Source: a virus (Duplodnaviria > Caudoviricetes). From it: 64,000 nt of DNA. The position numbers and the translations under genes were made by a program. Shown here piece after piece: positions 32,601 through 42,789 of this stretch. The number at the start of each line of letters is the position of its first letter. Positions within the stretch are counted from its first letter, which is position 1. The stretch is taken from the IMG/VR virus record IMGVR_UViG_3300028888_000093, positions 27,345 through 91,344 of that record; one strand, given 5' to 3'. The notes beneath the pieces were generated by a model that was not told the DNA's origin, made no database searches, and saw only the letters and a program-made list of their open reading frames with translations.

Positions 32601-35600
32601 ATGATTATGGTGTTGATGGAAAGAAATGGTATGACGCTTCTGTCGGCTCTCCATTGTATGAATTAAGTAAATGGCTTGTTTCAACAAGACATGAATCCGA
32701 TACAATTTACAACGGAACGTTGAATATAGACGCTTCGTTTGCAAAGAGAATCAATGATTATCAATACGGTTATACAGTTGATACCCAAGATTCGTTCGAA
32801 TATGCTGAGGGTGTAAATCTTGAAGATAATGCCGAAAACAGACAGAAAAAATTTGAAACCGAAAAGTGGGAACACTTCGATGTGTGGAAACTTGCTGGTT
32901 ATTACATTTATCTTATGAGATATGGAGCTGTGGACCAGTTTGTTAAAAACACTATGTTATTTACCGACGGTAATGGAAAATATGACAATAGAAGTGATAA
33001 CAAATACAGGAAATGGTTCTTCCTTAACTATGATAACGACTGTTTGTTCGGTTTGAGAAACAACGGTGAAATTGCATTTGACTGGAAATTGGACAGGCAA
33101 ACACTTGATGGTGCAAATGACATCATCGAAGACGACAACAACAATGAAGAAGGCGATGTAAACACCTATGCCATGATGGGTCATGATTCAACTCTATGGA
33201 ATAACCTTGAAAGAGATGATGAATTCATGCGCATGGTTCGTGACCTTGACAATGCAATGAGCACTTTCGGACTTAACTATAATAATATGGTTAAGGAATT
33301 CGACACAAACCAGACAGAACAATGGTGTGAGAGAATTTACAATGCAAACGAAAGATATAAATATATACAGGCGGCAAAAGGTATCGGTGATATGAGCGGA
33401 AATCCAGTAAACAACCTATGGATGTTACAGGGTACACGTAGGTCTCACAGACACTGGTGGATTGCAAACCATTTCAACCTGCTTGATGCAAAATGGTTGT
33501 CTGGTGACTATAAAAACACATATGTACAACTTAAAACCGACTGTTTTGCTGGAGACACCATTCGTGCAAGTGCTGGTACTGACTATTATTTCGCGTGGGG
33601 ACAACAGAAGAAGATTTACGAGAGCAACATGGTTAGAGAAGAAGGAGAGGCAATTGATTTTGTGTTCGACACGAATCAAGTGCAAGGAGACCCTGTTTAC
33701 ATATATGCAATAAATAAAATGTCAACTTTGGACTTTTCAGGTATTGCTTATAAGGTAGCCGCTGGTTCATTTGAGTTCCATGTTGGAGACACAAATGTGG
33801 CGAATTTGTTAAAAAAACTCATCATAGGTAACCCCAATGTGGTAAACAGGATGACAGGTATCGCTACTTCAACATGGGCTTCTCTGACAAACCTTGAATA
33901 TCTCGACATCACTAACTATAACGGTATCAAAACTGTTCCTTTGTCATCGTTCAAAAATATTCACACTTTGAAGGCGAACGGAAGCTCATTGGGTAGTTTC
34001 GTTCCAGCGAATGGTTGTAATTTTGACCTTATTGAACTTCCTAACACGATTGCAACAATCGAAATGAATGACATTGGTATTAACAATCTTGTTACTGACT
34101 TCAAATATACACCGAACACAACGCTGGATAGCTTTACCTTAAGCAACAACGCTGGAGTTGGTATGACATATTACAACAACATCATCAAACCTTGGATTAA
34201 TTCAATTGAGGCTTCTGCAAATGCAGGTGCATTATATAGAGAATGCAAGATTGATGTCAGTGATATCAACTGGAGTTTCTCAAAATTGTCAGACTTGTTG
34301 ATATTCAGGAATTTCAGGGACTATGCCAAACCTAATAACTTCAATTTGAGAGGTTATATCGATATTACGGCTTGTGGTAACCTGTCAATGGATAATATTA
34401 ATGAAATCATACACATATTTGGTGACAACTGCTTCTCCGAAACAATGGGTTCATTGTATATCAAAACCCCTAACAGTGTATTTATCGACTTACCGAAAAA
34501 CGAGATAGTTGCTGGTGAAACAATTACAATTTCAAGAACAATATATCCTTCTGAAAGCGCAATTGCAGACCTGAATCCTGACATACAATATTATATTGTA
34601 CGTGAAACAGAGCTTACACCCGAAGAGGATGAAAGAGTGATTGAGGATGTTCTTACTGGTAAAAAATACTTGCCAGTCGAAGATTTGAGTACAGTAAGAC
34701 AGGGAATAACCCTTACAAACACTGTAGACGAAAATGGAAAACAAATAGCAGTGCTTTCGACTGACGAGATTGTGACCAATAGGGATACAGATTTGTTGTT
34801 GCTTGTTAATATGAAGATTATAGGACAATTCAATGATTGTGTTTCTGTTGCACAATTCAAGATTAAAGACCCGACATATGCGACAACTTCAAACATCATT
34901 GGTGAAACTTCATTGTACAAAAACAAAGAATATACATTTGAATTGAAATTGTTTACGAATAGCAACGTTCCACCTATCGGAAGCTATAATGTTTCTTGGG
35001 AATTAAGTGGTTCAGGAATTAGTAACTATATTGATGAGTATTATCCTTCTGGTGACCATGATTTACGCTTCACCATTAAGACAAATCAGAACCAGCCAGA
35101 AACTTCCGAGCCGTTGTTTATCAAGACATTTGTAACAAACCACAACTCCACAAATGTTTCAACATCAATCAAGGTTTTGATTCTCAATGAAAATGTCATT
35201 ATGACAAGTGAATCCAATCCAGTTGTCATGGCTAAGTGTTATCAACAAGGATGGACAAACGGAAGTCCAGATGCTATGAGAAAAGACCAGGCTGAGGCTA
35301 TCACAAGCATCGGTGGAGTATTCAGCGGTATTACCGAAAAATTCTCATTCTACGAATTCCAGTATTTTATCAATGTTGTTGATATTTCGGAAAATGCATT
35401 CAAGAATTCAAAGCTAACCACAATTGTCTTGCCGACAACTGTTCGAACTCTTGGAAATGGTACATTCAACGGATGCCAGGAACTTACCGATGTTTTGTTG
35501 AACTGCGGAGAAAAGGGAAATGGGGAAACGGTTTATAGAAACGAGCTTCCGTCTGCTGTTACAGAAGTTCCAGAATCTTGTTTCTTGGGATGCAAAAAAC

Positions 35601-37774
35601 TTGGAAAACTTATTTTGGGTGAAAACATAACAGCAATAAGGAATTTTGCTTTTGGTGATACAAACTTCACATATGCATTGTTGCGCGATGCTGAACTTGG
35701 TGATGGTGTGTTGATATTGCCTGATTCATTAACAATCATAGAAAAGAACGCTTTTGAACAAACAGAGTGGAGCAGGACATCAACAACAAACAAACTTAAA
35801 GTACTTTCATTCCCTCCACAATTAAACGTTTCAAGAGACCTACAGTTGCTATATGGTAAAAACTATGAGGAATTCATTCTGTCAAGCGCACAGACCATCT
35901 ATATGACTATAGACGGCGTCCTGTTTGATGGAAGAATGGCTACATTGATAAAATACCCAGCAAACAAGGCGTATGTTGATTTGTATGAAGTAAATAACGT
36001 CACAACTCTTAACGATTATGCTTTCTTTGGTGTTCAGAATATGGGAACACTTGTTTCTCCAACAACACTTGGTGCAAGAGGTATGGGCGTTCATGTGTTT
36101 GAGGATTCGAAGATAAACACAATAGACCTGAGAAATTCTGTCAACCTTACAGAACTTCCAACATATACATTCTACAATTGTAACGAAACGGAACACATCT
36201 ATCTACCTAACGAGGGTTCAATCAAGACGTTTGGAACACATACGTTTGACGGTTGTACATCATTGCTTGAGATTGAAATTCCTTATGGCGTGGAAACATT
36301 TGACAACGGTGGACAAGCTGGTGGAAACTACTATGCAAGTAATGTGTTTGTTGGTTGTAACAGTTTGGCTGAGATAAACTTACCAGAAACATTGACAAGT
36401 GCTGGTTATAACGTTGTTAAGGATTGTGCAAATGTTGAAACGGTTAAGTTTCCGACATATATCAAGTATTCAAGCATGAATCCAAGTTCTTCAAATATTA
36501 CGGACCAACGAAACACATTGTTTAATTGTCCTAAGCTTAAGACTGTTTTTATACCTGTGTTCTCATACACAAACGAAGATGATGAAAATGTCATTGTCAA
36601 CCAGAACTTCCCGCAATTCTATACAAACTGTCCTAATATCGAGGAATTTGTTTTGCCAACTGAAGACAACGGAAACGTTGCGGTTGTTTCAGACGGTGTG
36701 ATATTCACAAGTGATATGTCTACACTTTGGCGTGTTCCTAGTGCAATAGACAATTACACAATACCGAATACGGTTACAACTGTCGGAGGGAACTCATTTG
36801 AAAACTGCCACATCACAAGTATTGTAATTCCTGATAGCGTTACAGTATTGGGTGGTTCAGCATTCAGGGGCTCTTCGTTGACAGCTGTCACATTGAATGA
36901 AGGATTGCAACAGATTGGTGCCGAATGCTTCGCAGATTGTGCAGGTATTACAAGTATTGATATCCCAGACACGGTTACAAGTATTGGAAACTATGCTTTC
37001 CGTAGTACAAACCTTACTGGAATAACAATACCTGATGGTGTTACTATTATTAGTCAGGGTATTTGCCAATACTGCTCGAATTTGCAGTCAATAACAATTT
37101 TGGGTGAAGTTTCCACAATCCAAGGTATTGCTTTCTATAATGCATCTAACGTTAATACAATTACAATCGCTTCCATAAATGCTCCTACACTGAGAACAGT
37201 CAACCCGTTTACAAATGTCGGTAATGCAAGTGCCAGCAATATGTTGTTTGTTCCTTACAATGCTGTTGGTTACGATTCAACTGCTGCTGGTGTGAACTGG
37301 GTTACTCCGCTTCAAAGCGACAAGCATTTCCAATTGATTTACGGCAAACAGATTATGGATGCAATATATGTGAAATGTTATGACAACTCACATGCTGAGA
37401 TTACACAAGGAACTATTTATGGTGCAGGTGAGCGTGGTGCTAACATGATTCTAGCTTACTACGACCCAGACGGATATATGCTCGTTTCAAGCGACTATGA
37501 CCTTGTGGATAATGAGATTGTGACGTTATACTATGATTCCGAACACTCGAATGAAATCGGTTCTTTCAACATAAGATTCTTTAAGTCCGAATACACAATA
37601 GGAACACCAGCAGGTGTGCTTGGAATGGGAAGAAGAATGAGCTTCACACTTGGTGAATCGATTGAAGAAACCTCAGATACAGAGTATGTTAACATCACCA
37701 AAGAGGAGTATGAAACCATAACAACAAAAATAAACCAACTTCACTCAATAATCAAGAATTTTAATAAAAAATAG
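29612..37774 (+). CDS. Giant multidomain protein: LamG/ConA-like domain, CotH-like kinase domain, LRRs and BspA-type (LRR_5) repeats
   Basis: LRSIRVYNKA (LamG); QGTSSLGYPRKNFK, GQYNFINDK, AVDQFVKNTML, YDNDCLFG (CotH-like); many IPxxVTxIGxxAF repeats in the C-terminal third. Confidence 0.75.
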   Translation: MANTYNEKINRTTDWGGDFSTSGLPVTGYRVQEFIKSELWGKIGSIYKPEGGNKVYCFSNDDDKQEFIETGNELLALSSFETVSNFSVRINTETLVRSYSVINGTTGNTISFQFMISDKDGMISDSRASIEYSFLSQGIVQKYTNEVQMNGDGWTTVTSEVLDRYLRNGENTITIAITGLSTKTTSQFIVTYNLFDLSYETMFEYNVVQTGNTIAVPYMVECTDTKYLVFYIDGVEVNPYESTVIADYRKDSTANLNISDLEPGLHTLQTYAYVRANDGTIFKSNIYYYTFAVDGNVAPSFLMSLVLPNTQLIALNGAALTVYTKQFEQIHFDWSMYDYRERKLVVNFEFAGDVITKTVVDKNGEINTFMFRPMDYGYAKPLIVYALDDEDNRLFEYTVYFDVEETDMGIRETTDGLLLKLQSQGRRNTDLNRDNWSCIGNDGNEYKATFNNFTWSEQCGWDSNTESLVISNGATVGFNIQPMINEWERNGGTIEIDLETFDIEDDNAVICECFNSIPEKPSAYFRVTSTKAEFSTKDGISINTRYKDNERLKIAFIGNKVGNHEDGNLIYIVVNGVLERAALYEDTDKLYSDAFLQIGNPDGLCKVRLRSIRVYNKAITVDEAFNNYVVDSDDVQTIYEKNNVLKPGTNEIGFDEVANKLPVMIFTGDMGELAKNGQDKKWRYFDVEYINRQEPARNFVSFNCRMKLQGTSSLGYPRKNFKLSTKDKNFNKDIYAASIYELDPNSQISNLMLRNKRTGKQLDVGDLNGNCFTFDYEGKPLKKGKYRFKEGSHKADKWTLKADFMESSCSHNVAAGRSWNDIFENTLFELTLDAGYTNNTYKDSALVDSREYIEYNRADGAHCKINNNTEEIKAQKKYVCRTDAQKICHAENADDIRTAVDGFPMVCFYRTSHKTNNLVFMGQYNFINDKGSYEVFGFEDIEKPDDEDTFIYDASKVECWEGLKNANPISLFKTIDNWEDPEVGWASTYESRYPDPDDYGVDGKKWYDASVGSPLYELSKWLVSTRHESDTIYNGTLNIDASFAKRINDYQYGYTVDTQDSFEYAEGVNLEDNAENRQKKFETEKWEHFDVWKLAGYYIYLMRYGAVDQFVKNTMLFTDGNGKYDNRSDNKYRKWFFLNYDNDCLFGLRNNGEIAFDWKLDRQTLDGANDIIEDDNNNEEGDVNTYAMMGHDSTLWNNLERDDEFMRMVRDLDNAMSTFGLNYNNMVKEFDTNQTEQWCERIYNANERYKYIQAAKGIGDMSGNPVNNLWMLQGTRRSHRHWWIANHFNLLDAKWLSGDYKNTYVQLKTDCFAGDTIRASAGTDYYFAWGQQKKIYESNMVREEGEAIDFVFDTNQVQGDPVYIYAINKMSTLDFSGIAYKVAAGSFEFHVGDTNVANLLKKLIIGNPNVVNRMTGIATSTWASLTNLEYLDITNYNGIKTVPLSSFKNIHTLKANGSSLGSFVPANGCNFDLIELPNTIATIEMNDIGINNLVTDFKYTPNTTLDSFTLSNNAGVGMTYYNNIIKPWINSIEASANAGALYRECKIDVSDINWSFSKLSDLLIFRNFRDYAKPNNFNLRGYIDITACGNLSMDNINEIIHIFGDNCFSETMGSLYIKTPNSVFIDLPKNEIVAGETITISRTIYPSESAIADLNPDIQYYIVRETELTPEEDERVIEDVLTGKKYLPVEDLSTVRQGITLTNTVDENGKQIAVLSTDEIVTNRDTDLLLLVNMKIIGQFNDCVSVAQFKIKDPTYATTSNIIGETSLYKNKEYTFELKLFTNSNVPPIGSYNVSWELSGSGISNYIDEYYPSGDHDLRFTIKTNQNQPETSEPLFIKTFVTNHNSTNVSTSIKVLILNENVIMTSESNPVVMAKCYQQGWTNGSPDAMRKDQAEAITSIGGVFSGITEKFSFYEFQYFINVVDISENAFKNSKLTTIVLPTTVRTLGNGTFNGCQELTDVLLNCGEKGNGETVYRNELPSAVTEVPESCFLGCKKLGKLILGENITAIRNFAFGDTNFTYALLRDAELGDGVLILPDSLTIIEKNAFEQTEWSRTSTTNKLKVLSFPPQLNVSRDLQLLYGKNYEEFILSSAQTIYMTIDGVLFDGRMATLIKYPANKAYVDLYEVNNVTTLNDYAFFGVQNMGTLVSPTTLGARGMGVHVFEDSKINTIDLRNSVNLTELPTYTFYNCNETEHIYLPNEGSIKTFGTHTFDGCTSLLEIEIPYGVETFDNGGQAGGNYYASNVFVGCNSLAEINLPETLTSAGYNVVKDCANVETVKFPTYIKYSSMNPSSSNITDQRNTLFNCPKLKTVFIPVFSYTNEDDENVIVNQNFPQFYTNCPNIEEFVLPTEDNGNVAVVSDGVIFTSDMSTLWRVPSAIDNYTIPNTVTTVGGNSFENCHITSIVIPDSVTVLGGSAFRGSSLTAVTLNEGLQQIGAECFADCAGITSIDIPDTVTSIGNYAFRSTNLTGITIPDGVTIISQGICQYCSNLQSITILGEVSTIQGIAFYNASNVNTITIASINAPTLRTVNPFTNVGNASASNMLFVPYNAVGYDSTAAGVNWVTPLQSDKHFQLIYGKQIMDAIYVKCYDNSHAEITQGTIYGAGERGANMILAYYDPDGYMLVSSDYDLVDNEIVTLYYDSEHSNEIGSFNIRFFKSEYTIGTPAGVLGMGRRMSFTLGESIEETSDTEYVNITKEEYETITTKINQLHSIIKNFNKK

Positions 37775-37830
37775 ACTATTTATTTGAGAAGAAAATAAGA
37801 AATAATTCATAAAAAAATAAATTCGAAAAT

Positions 37831-39618
37831 ATGGCAAGAAAAAAACAGAAACTGATTAATTACCATAGTCCGAACGTTTTATCTATGCATAACGAAGCTG
37901 GGATAGCAAGCGGACTTTCATATGGTGAAATTACTGTTATTCATGCACCAGAACAGCCTTTGATTGGTACGAAAATTGACGATGACAAAGTCGCATGGTT
38001 TATGTCATCTGGACAGGTGGAAACGTCAATCCATAACGCTATTTCAGGTGCAACTGGTGATATAAGTCAACTTAAGACGGATGTTCGTAATTTGTCATCA
38101 GCAACCGACACTTACATTAACACCACGGCACCTAACACTTATCTCACAATGCAATCAGCCGCAACCACTTATTACACAAGTGGTGATGTTGAAACAATTT
38201 ATCTAGCTAAATCCGCAGCATCAGCAACGTATTTAACAATAGCTTCAGCCGCATCGACTTATTATACAAGTGGTCAAGTTAAGACGATAACTGATGGCCT
38301 TAACAGTGGTATAACACAAAATGCAACTGATATTTCAGAACTGCAAGATGATGTTGAAGAATTAAAAGAATTTAGCGGTAAGGTAGAAACCGACTATTCA
38401 ACAACAGCTCAAATGAACAGTGCTATTGCCGCTGCTTCAGCTGCTTCTGTGAATAGTGCAAAATCATATGTTGATACTGTTATTGCTGATTATGCTACCT
38501 CTGCTAATGTTGTAAGTGCAATTGAAGCTGAAACCTCAAGGGCTACAGGCGCTGAAGATGCTTTAGATACACGTATTGGTAGTCTGGAAACTGATATGAC
38601 AAGCATCAAGGCACAACCAAGTGGCTTGTCAGCAACTGTTATTGCAAATAAAGCAAAACTTGATACACTTGAAGCAACTTATGAAACCAAGGATGATGCA
38701 AACAAAAAATATACCAGTGCAATAACTTATGTTAATACCGCAAGTGGTAATATTGAAACTCATCTTCATGAAGGTTATTGGGATAGCGCAACCACTCAAG
38801 GTAAATTAGATACAATCGACCAGCATATTAAAGATGTTAGTGGAGCTGTTATTTCAACTTCAGCTGCTGTTAAGACCTTAAGCGGTAATGTTGTTAATTA
38901 TGTTAACTTGAAGGTTGCCAATGTTTATCGCTATAAAGGTTCTGTAACAAACTATTCAGAACTTGCATCAATCACTAACAAAGAAAATGGTGATGTTTAT
39001 AATGTTGTGAATGCCAACGGTACTATTGGAGAAACTGGATATACTCCAGCTGGCACAAACTATGCTTGGAATGAAACAGGAAACACCTGGGATGCTCTTG
39101 GTGGTACAATCGACTTGAGTGCATATGCAACCAAAGAATATGTTGATAACAAAACTAGTGGAATCACCAACATGGAGACCGATATCTCTAATTTGCAAAG
39201 AGACCTTGGTGCTTTAAGCGGTAGTGTTAGTGGTTTCAGTGGCCAAGTTGTTGAAAATTATTATACAAAGAGTGATACCAATAATATATTCTTGTCACAA
39301 TCTGGTGCTGAAAATACGTATCTTACCATGACAAGTGCTTCAAGCACATATATGCCGACTACAGCAATACAAGAGACATATTGGACGAGTGCTACAACAA
39401 AGAATAAACTTGATACTATTGATACGACAATACAAGGTTTGTCAGCTTCAACCATTGCTATTGAAAGTGCTGCAACGGAATCTGTTAAAGATTTGCAAAT
39501 GGGAACAGTGTCAAATGCTAATGAAAATCATACACAAAGCGGAGCTAAAACATCAGTAACAGATAGAATAGCTACGATAGATTTGTCAGAATTGATAGTT
39601 GATTGCGGTGATTACTAA
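37831..39618 (+). CDS. Ser/Ala/Thr-rich fibre-like virion protein
   Basis: LSYGEI N-terminal motif, TYLTxxSAxxTY repeats, YKGSV..GDVYNV..WDALGG module, C-terminal DCGDY. Confidence 0.65.
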   Translation: MARKKQKLINYHSPNVLSMHNEAGIASGLSYGEITVIHAPEQPLIGTKIDDDKVAWFMSSGQVETSIHNAISGATGDISQLKTDVRNLSSATDTYINTTAPNTYLTMQSAATTYYTSGDVETIYLAKSAASATYLTIASAASTYYTSGQVKTITDGLNSGITQNATDISELQDDVEELKEFSGKVETDYSTTAQMNSAIAAASAASVNSAKSYVDTVIADYATSANVVSAIEAETSRATGAEDALDTRIGSLETDMTSIKAQPSGLSATVIANKAKLDTLEATYETKDDANKKYTSAITYVNTASGNIETHLHEGYWDSATTQGKLDTIDQHIKDVSGAVISTSAAVKTLSGNVVNYVNLKVANVYRYKGSVTNYSELASITNKENGDVYNVVNANGTIGETGYTPAGTNYAWNETGNTWDALGGTIDLSAYATKEYVDNKTSGITNMETDISNLQRDLGALSGSVSGFSGQVVENYYTKSDTNNIFLSQSGAENTYLTMTSASSTYMPTTAIQETYWTSATTKNKLDTIDTTIQGLSASTIAIESAATESVKDLQMGTVSNANENHTQSGAKTSVTDRIATIDLSELIVDCGDY

Positions 39619-39640
39619 AAACAAAATCAATAATAAAAGT

Positions 39641-39669
39641 AAAGGGTGGTATGATTACCACCCTTTTTT
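39641..39669. terminator. Bidirectional terminator between convergent genes
   Basis: aaagggtggta-tgat-taccaccc-tttttt. Confidence 0.8.
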
Positions 39670-39681
39670 GTTTCCATTGAA

Positions 39682-40173
39682 TTAGTGTTTCTTCTTATTT
39701 TGTTTTTCAGCCTTTTTCTGTTCAGCCTCCTCTTTTTTCTTCTCTTCAATTTGAGCTAGAACATGGTGTCCAAGCAACGAGGAGTTGATTGCCGCTTCCT
39801 TGTATTTCTCATAGAAACAAACAGGAATGTTGATTGAAGGGCTGGACATAATGATTTTTTCCTTTTCATAGTCATAGGAAACACGTTCCATTTCATTTCG
39901 AATCCACATGTATTTGGTTTTCTCGTCAGCGAACGGATGTCCTTGAGCATCTGCGCCTTCAAAAGCTGTTTCGTTGCATAGAATAAAGATAAGGCCATCC
40001 CTATCCGATGCATATTCAGCCAATTCATTGGCTTTTACAATTTTGCAAACTTCTTTCAGATTACTAACGCATAGTGGTTGGAAGTCAATACCGTTTACAT
40101 TAAGTCCTAATTCGTCTGAAATTTCTTTAACAATCTTTTCCATCTCTTCTGATGGGTTTGAATATCTTGTCAT
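39682..40173 (-). CDS. Hypothetical protein
   Basis: 163-aa ORF with its own promoter and terminator. Confidence 0.6.
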   Translation of the reverse strand: MTRYSNPSEEMEKIVKEISDELGLNVNGIDFQPLCVSNLKEVCKIVKANELAEYASDRDGLIFILCNETAFEGADAQGHPFADEKTKYMWIRNEMERVSYDYEKEKIIMSSPSINIPVCFYEKYKEAAINSSLLGHHVLAQIEEKKKEEAEQKKAEKQNKKKH

Positions 40174-40218
40174 TACTTTAAAAGTTTTGTTTATTATTTA
40201 TGTTCTATAACTTATCTT

Positions 40219-40250
40219 TTAATATACAGAATTTTTTTAACAAAAACAAA
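40219..40250 (-). promoter_or_regulatory. Bacteroidota-type housekeeping promoter (TTTG-N20-TATATTAA)
   Basis: Resembles the -33 TTTG/-7 TAnnTTTG consensus; similar sites near 42701-42732(-), 50379-50410(-), 62505-62535(+), 63187-63218(+). Confidence 0.55.
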
Positions 40251-41278
40251 TGGCTAAAGGAGAAATTTTAAGTCCAGAGGAAAAGGAGCGGATAAGGAAA
40301 GAGAAATGGAATCTTTATATGCGCAAATACCGTGCGCGTATTAAAAAGAAAAACGCCGAAAAAAACAGAAAAAGAAGAGAAAGGGAGAAATTACGCAGGC
40401 AAAAGGAAAGGGAGAAAAAACTTGAGAAAGAGAAGGAAAAGAAGCGGAAGAAAAGGGAGCGGGAAAGGCTTAAAAAGCTTAATGCCCCAAAAAAGAGAAA
40501 GGTGGGAAGGCCGAAGAAAATAGGGAGAAAGAAAAAGTGGAAGAGGCCAAAGGTTAAAAAGCCGAGGGTTTACAAAAAACTTCCCCCTTTTTCATACAAG
40601 ATAGTATCATGTACAAATTACAAGCAACGAAAGGTTGTTGGAAAATACAGATACAAGGAAAAGGCATATGAGGCATTCGAAGAGCTTCGAAATAACCAGC
40701 CAGAAATCATATTTCCGAAAACTTTTTACGCTGGTGATGAGATGGCGAAGAATTATATCAATGAATACGTTTTGTTAACGACAGACCAGACGGAACGCCC
40801 TGTCTATTTCAGGGATGAATATGGAAGGGTTAAAACGGTCAAAAGTACCAGTGATGACTGGAAGATTATTGATAAATTCAAATATAACATTGAGGAGGAT
40901 TTTTGGGTGTTTGGTATGGATAAGGTAAGTGAGAGAAAAGACTTCAATTGGATATATGAAAATGTTTTATTATCAAATATTGACACAATGTATGATTTCA
41001 AACGGGTAATGACCTATATGAATAAATTGGTTATCAAAGATGACAATGGAAATATTGACTTGATAATCTGCAAATGTGAGGGCTATGCTGTGAAAATGTA
41101 CAACATGATGCTTGCTCGCGTCAAAAAAGCAAAGATAAAGCAAATCATATTTGCTGGTGATTATTCGGAAAGAAGTGAGAAAAGGTCTTGGTTGGAAAAG
41201 GACCTTGTAGCGTTAACTGGTTGGAGTTTGAGAAAATTGCACATGAGGAACCAGACATATTATATGACACACGAATAG
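40250..41278 (+). CDS. Hypothetical protein with Lys/Arg-rich N-terminus (probably nucleic-acid binding)
   Basis: 342 aa; first ~110 aa K/R/E-rich, with GRPKK AT-hook-like motif. Confidence 0.65.
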   Translation: MAKGEILSPEEKERIRKEKWNLYMRKYRARIKKKNAEKNRKRREREKLRRQKEREKKLEKEKEKKRKKRERERLKKLNAPKKRKVGRPKKIGRKKKWKRPKVKKPRVYKKLPPFSYKIVSCTNYKQRKVVGKYRYKEKAYEAFEELRNNQPEIIFPKTFYAGDEMAKNYINEYVLLTTDQTERPVYFRDEYGRVKTVKSTSDDWKIIDKFKYNIEEDFWVFGMDKVSERKDFNWIYENVLLSNIDTMYDFKRVMTYMNKLVIKDDNGNIDLIICKCEGYAVKMYNMMLARVKKAKIKQIIFAGDYSERSEKRSWLEKDLVALTGWSLRKLHMRNQTYYMTHE

Positions 41279-41301
41279 CAACTATTTATTAAAAAAAGCC
41301 T

Positions 41302-41484
41302 ATGGATAGTAAATACAATGTGCACCAGGAATTCAGACTAAAACACAATCCAGAGATTGTTTTCAAAATCAGAATGGTCATGCATCACAAGAAGCATGTA
41401 GACTATACGATGGAAAATATTGTGACAAATGAGTGCATAAAAATAAAAGACACCGTTTTTGACGATATCTTCATAAAAAAATAA
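41302..41484 (+). CDS. Small hypothetical protein
   Basis: 60 aa, ACTATTTAT motif at 41281. Confidence 0.55.
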   Translation: MDSKYNVHQEFRLKHNPEIVFKIRMVMHHKKHVDYTMENIVTNECIKIKDTVFDDIFIKK

Positions 41485-41563
41485 AAAATTATGTTTGTCT
41501 TATATGATTTATATTACTATTATTTAACCTATCTGACTTTGATAGATTATTATTGCAACATGC

Positions 41564-41806
41564 TTATGGGTTTTTTCTGCACCATAATGTAAGTGCGTTC
41601 AATATTTTATGAAACAAATCATGTTTTTTTATTGTTTGATTGTTTGAATCAATGTTTGACAATGTATTGTCAATTTCTGGTCCAATATAATCTTTCAATT
41701 GTTTTGCAAACATAACCTTGTATGATTCTATTGCAACATTTTTGGCTTGTATATCTGACTTTAAGCCATTGATTTCTTTTTTGGTTAACGGGTCCATATG
41801 TTTCAA
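41564..41806 (-). CDS. Hypothetical protein
   Basis: 80 aa, ATGA-coupled to upstream gene. Confidence 0.55.
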   Translation of the reverse strand: MKHMDPLTKKEINGLKSDIQAKNVAIESYKVMFAKQLKDYIGPEIDNTLSNIDSNNQTIKKHDLFHKILNALTLWCRKNP

Positions 41807-42213
41807 TCGTTTAGTTGTATTGTATCATTATCTTGTTCTTGCACTGATGATGTGCCTTCGGCTATGCTTTCGAAAAAGCTTTCGACATTATGTGTTATCC
41901 AGACTATTCCGCTAGTGAAGCAGCAGTCACACAATAATGCGAGCCACCAAAGGTTTGTTCCAGCAAGAAGTATGTTGAATGGTGTGATGGCAATTGACTT
42001 TATAAAAAACCAGTCAATTAAGCTTACAGCCCACCCAACATTGGCTGGAAAACACATCATACATTGAAACATTGAACCGAAATGCTCCGAAATTGAGGAA
42101 GTTATGTTTCTTATATGTTCAAAAATCTTAAATGGACCGCTACCGAACACCATCATGTTTGACAAACCATATGCGGCTATACAATACAGAAAAACAATCA
42201 TACAGTTACTCAT
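41803..42213 (-). CDS. DUF1360-like membrane protein
   Basis: Hydrophobic segments and F..IR...F.CxxC..W pattern (FQCMMCFPANVGW). Confidence 0.6.
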   Translation of the reverse strand: MSNCMIVFLYCIAAYGLSNMMVFGSGPFKIFEHIRNITSSISEHFGSMFQCMMCFPANVGWAVSLIDWFFIKSIAITPFNILLAGTNLWWLALLCDCCFTSGIVWITHNVESFFESIAEGTSSVQEQDNDTIQLND

Positions 42214-42682
42214 TTGTGGCTTCTTTTTGTTCTATGTTATTAGTGTTTTTTTGCTTGTTTTGTTTTTTCTTTTGTGGTACAAGGATTTCTTCTGCTTGTT
42301 GGACTTCTGTTTGCGTGAAAATGAATTTCAGACTTTTCAAGTCTTCAACACTGTTTGCTTCATTTTCAAAGAGTGATTTCAGTTCCTTTGTTTTTTCGGT
42401 CAATAGTTTAGCCCTTTCAATTGCATCTTTCATTTTTGATATGTTCTTGTCAATTGCATCAAACACATTTTCAATACCATCTTCGATATTGCATGCGAAA
42501 TAAATGAAACCGTCTTGCCCATCCAATATTGAAACATTGTATTGCTCACTTAATGTTTCGTCAATAATCCAACCTTTTGGAAAATCGACGCCAACGTAAA
42601 TAACTTGTTTTCCATCAATTGTTACTATTTCCATTTTTTGGAAATATTCTTTGATTTTTGATATTCTTTCTTGTATCTCCAT
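42206..42682 (-). CDS. Hypothetical protein
   Basis: 158 aa, operonic. Confidence 0.6.
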   Translation of the reverse strand: MEIQERISKIKEYFQKMEIVTIDGKQVIYVGVDFPKGWIIDETLSEQYNVSILDGQDGFIYFACNIEDGIENVFDAIDKNISKMKDAIERAKLLTEKTKELKSLFENEANSVEDLKSLKFIFTQTEVQQAEEILVPQKKKQNKQKNTNNIEQKEATNE

Positions 42683-42789
42683 TTTAAAATGTTTGTGTAA
42701 TAAATATACATTTTTTAAAACTAAAAAGCAATAAAAAACCGCATGATTTCAATTCCATGCGGTCATTGCTTTTTTTTATATTGGGTTGT

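Noticed and set aside
35300-37300. Diversity-generating retroelement acting on the BspA repeats
   Set aside because: No reverse transcriptase and no adenine-specific template/variable repeat pair seen in the window.
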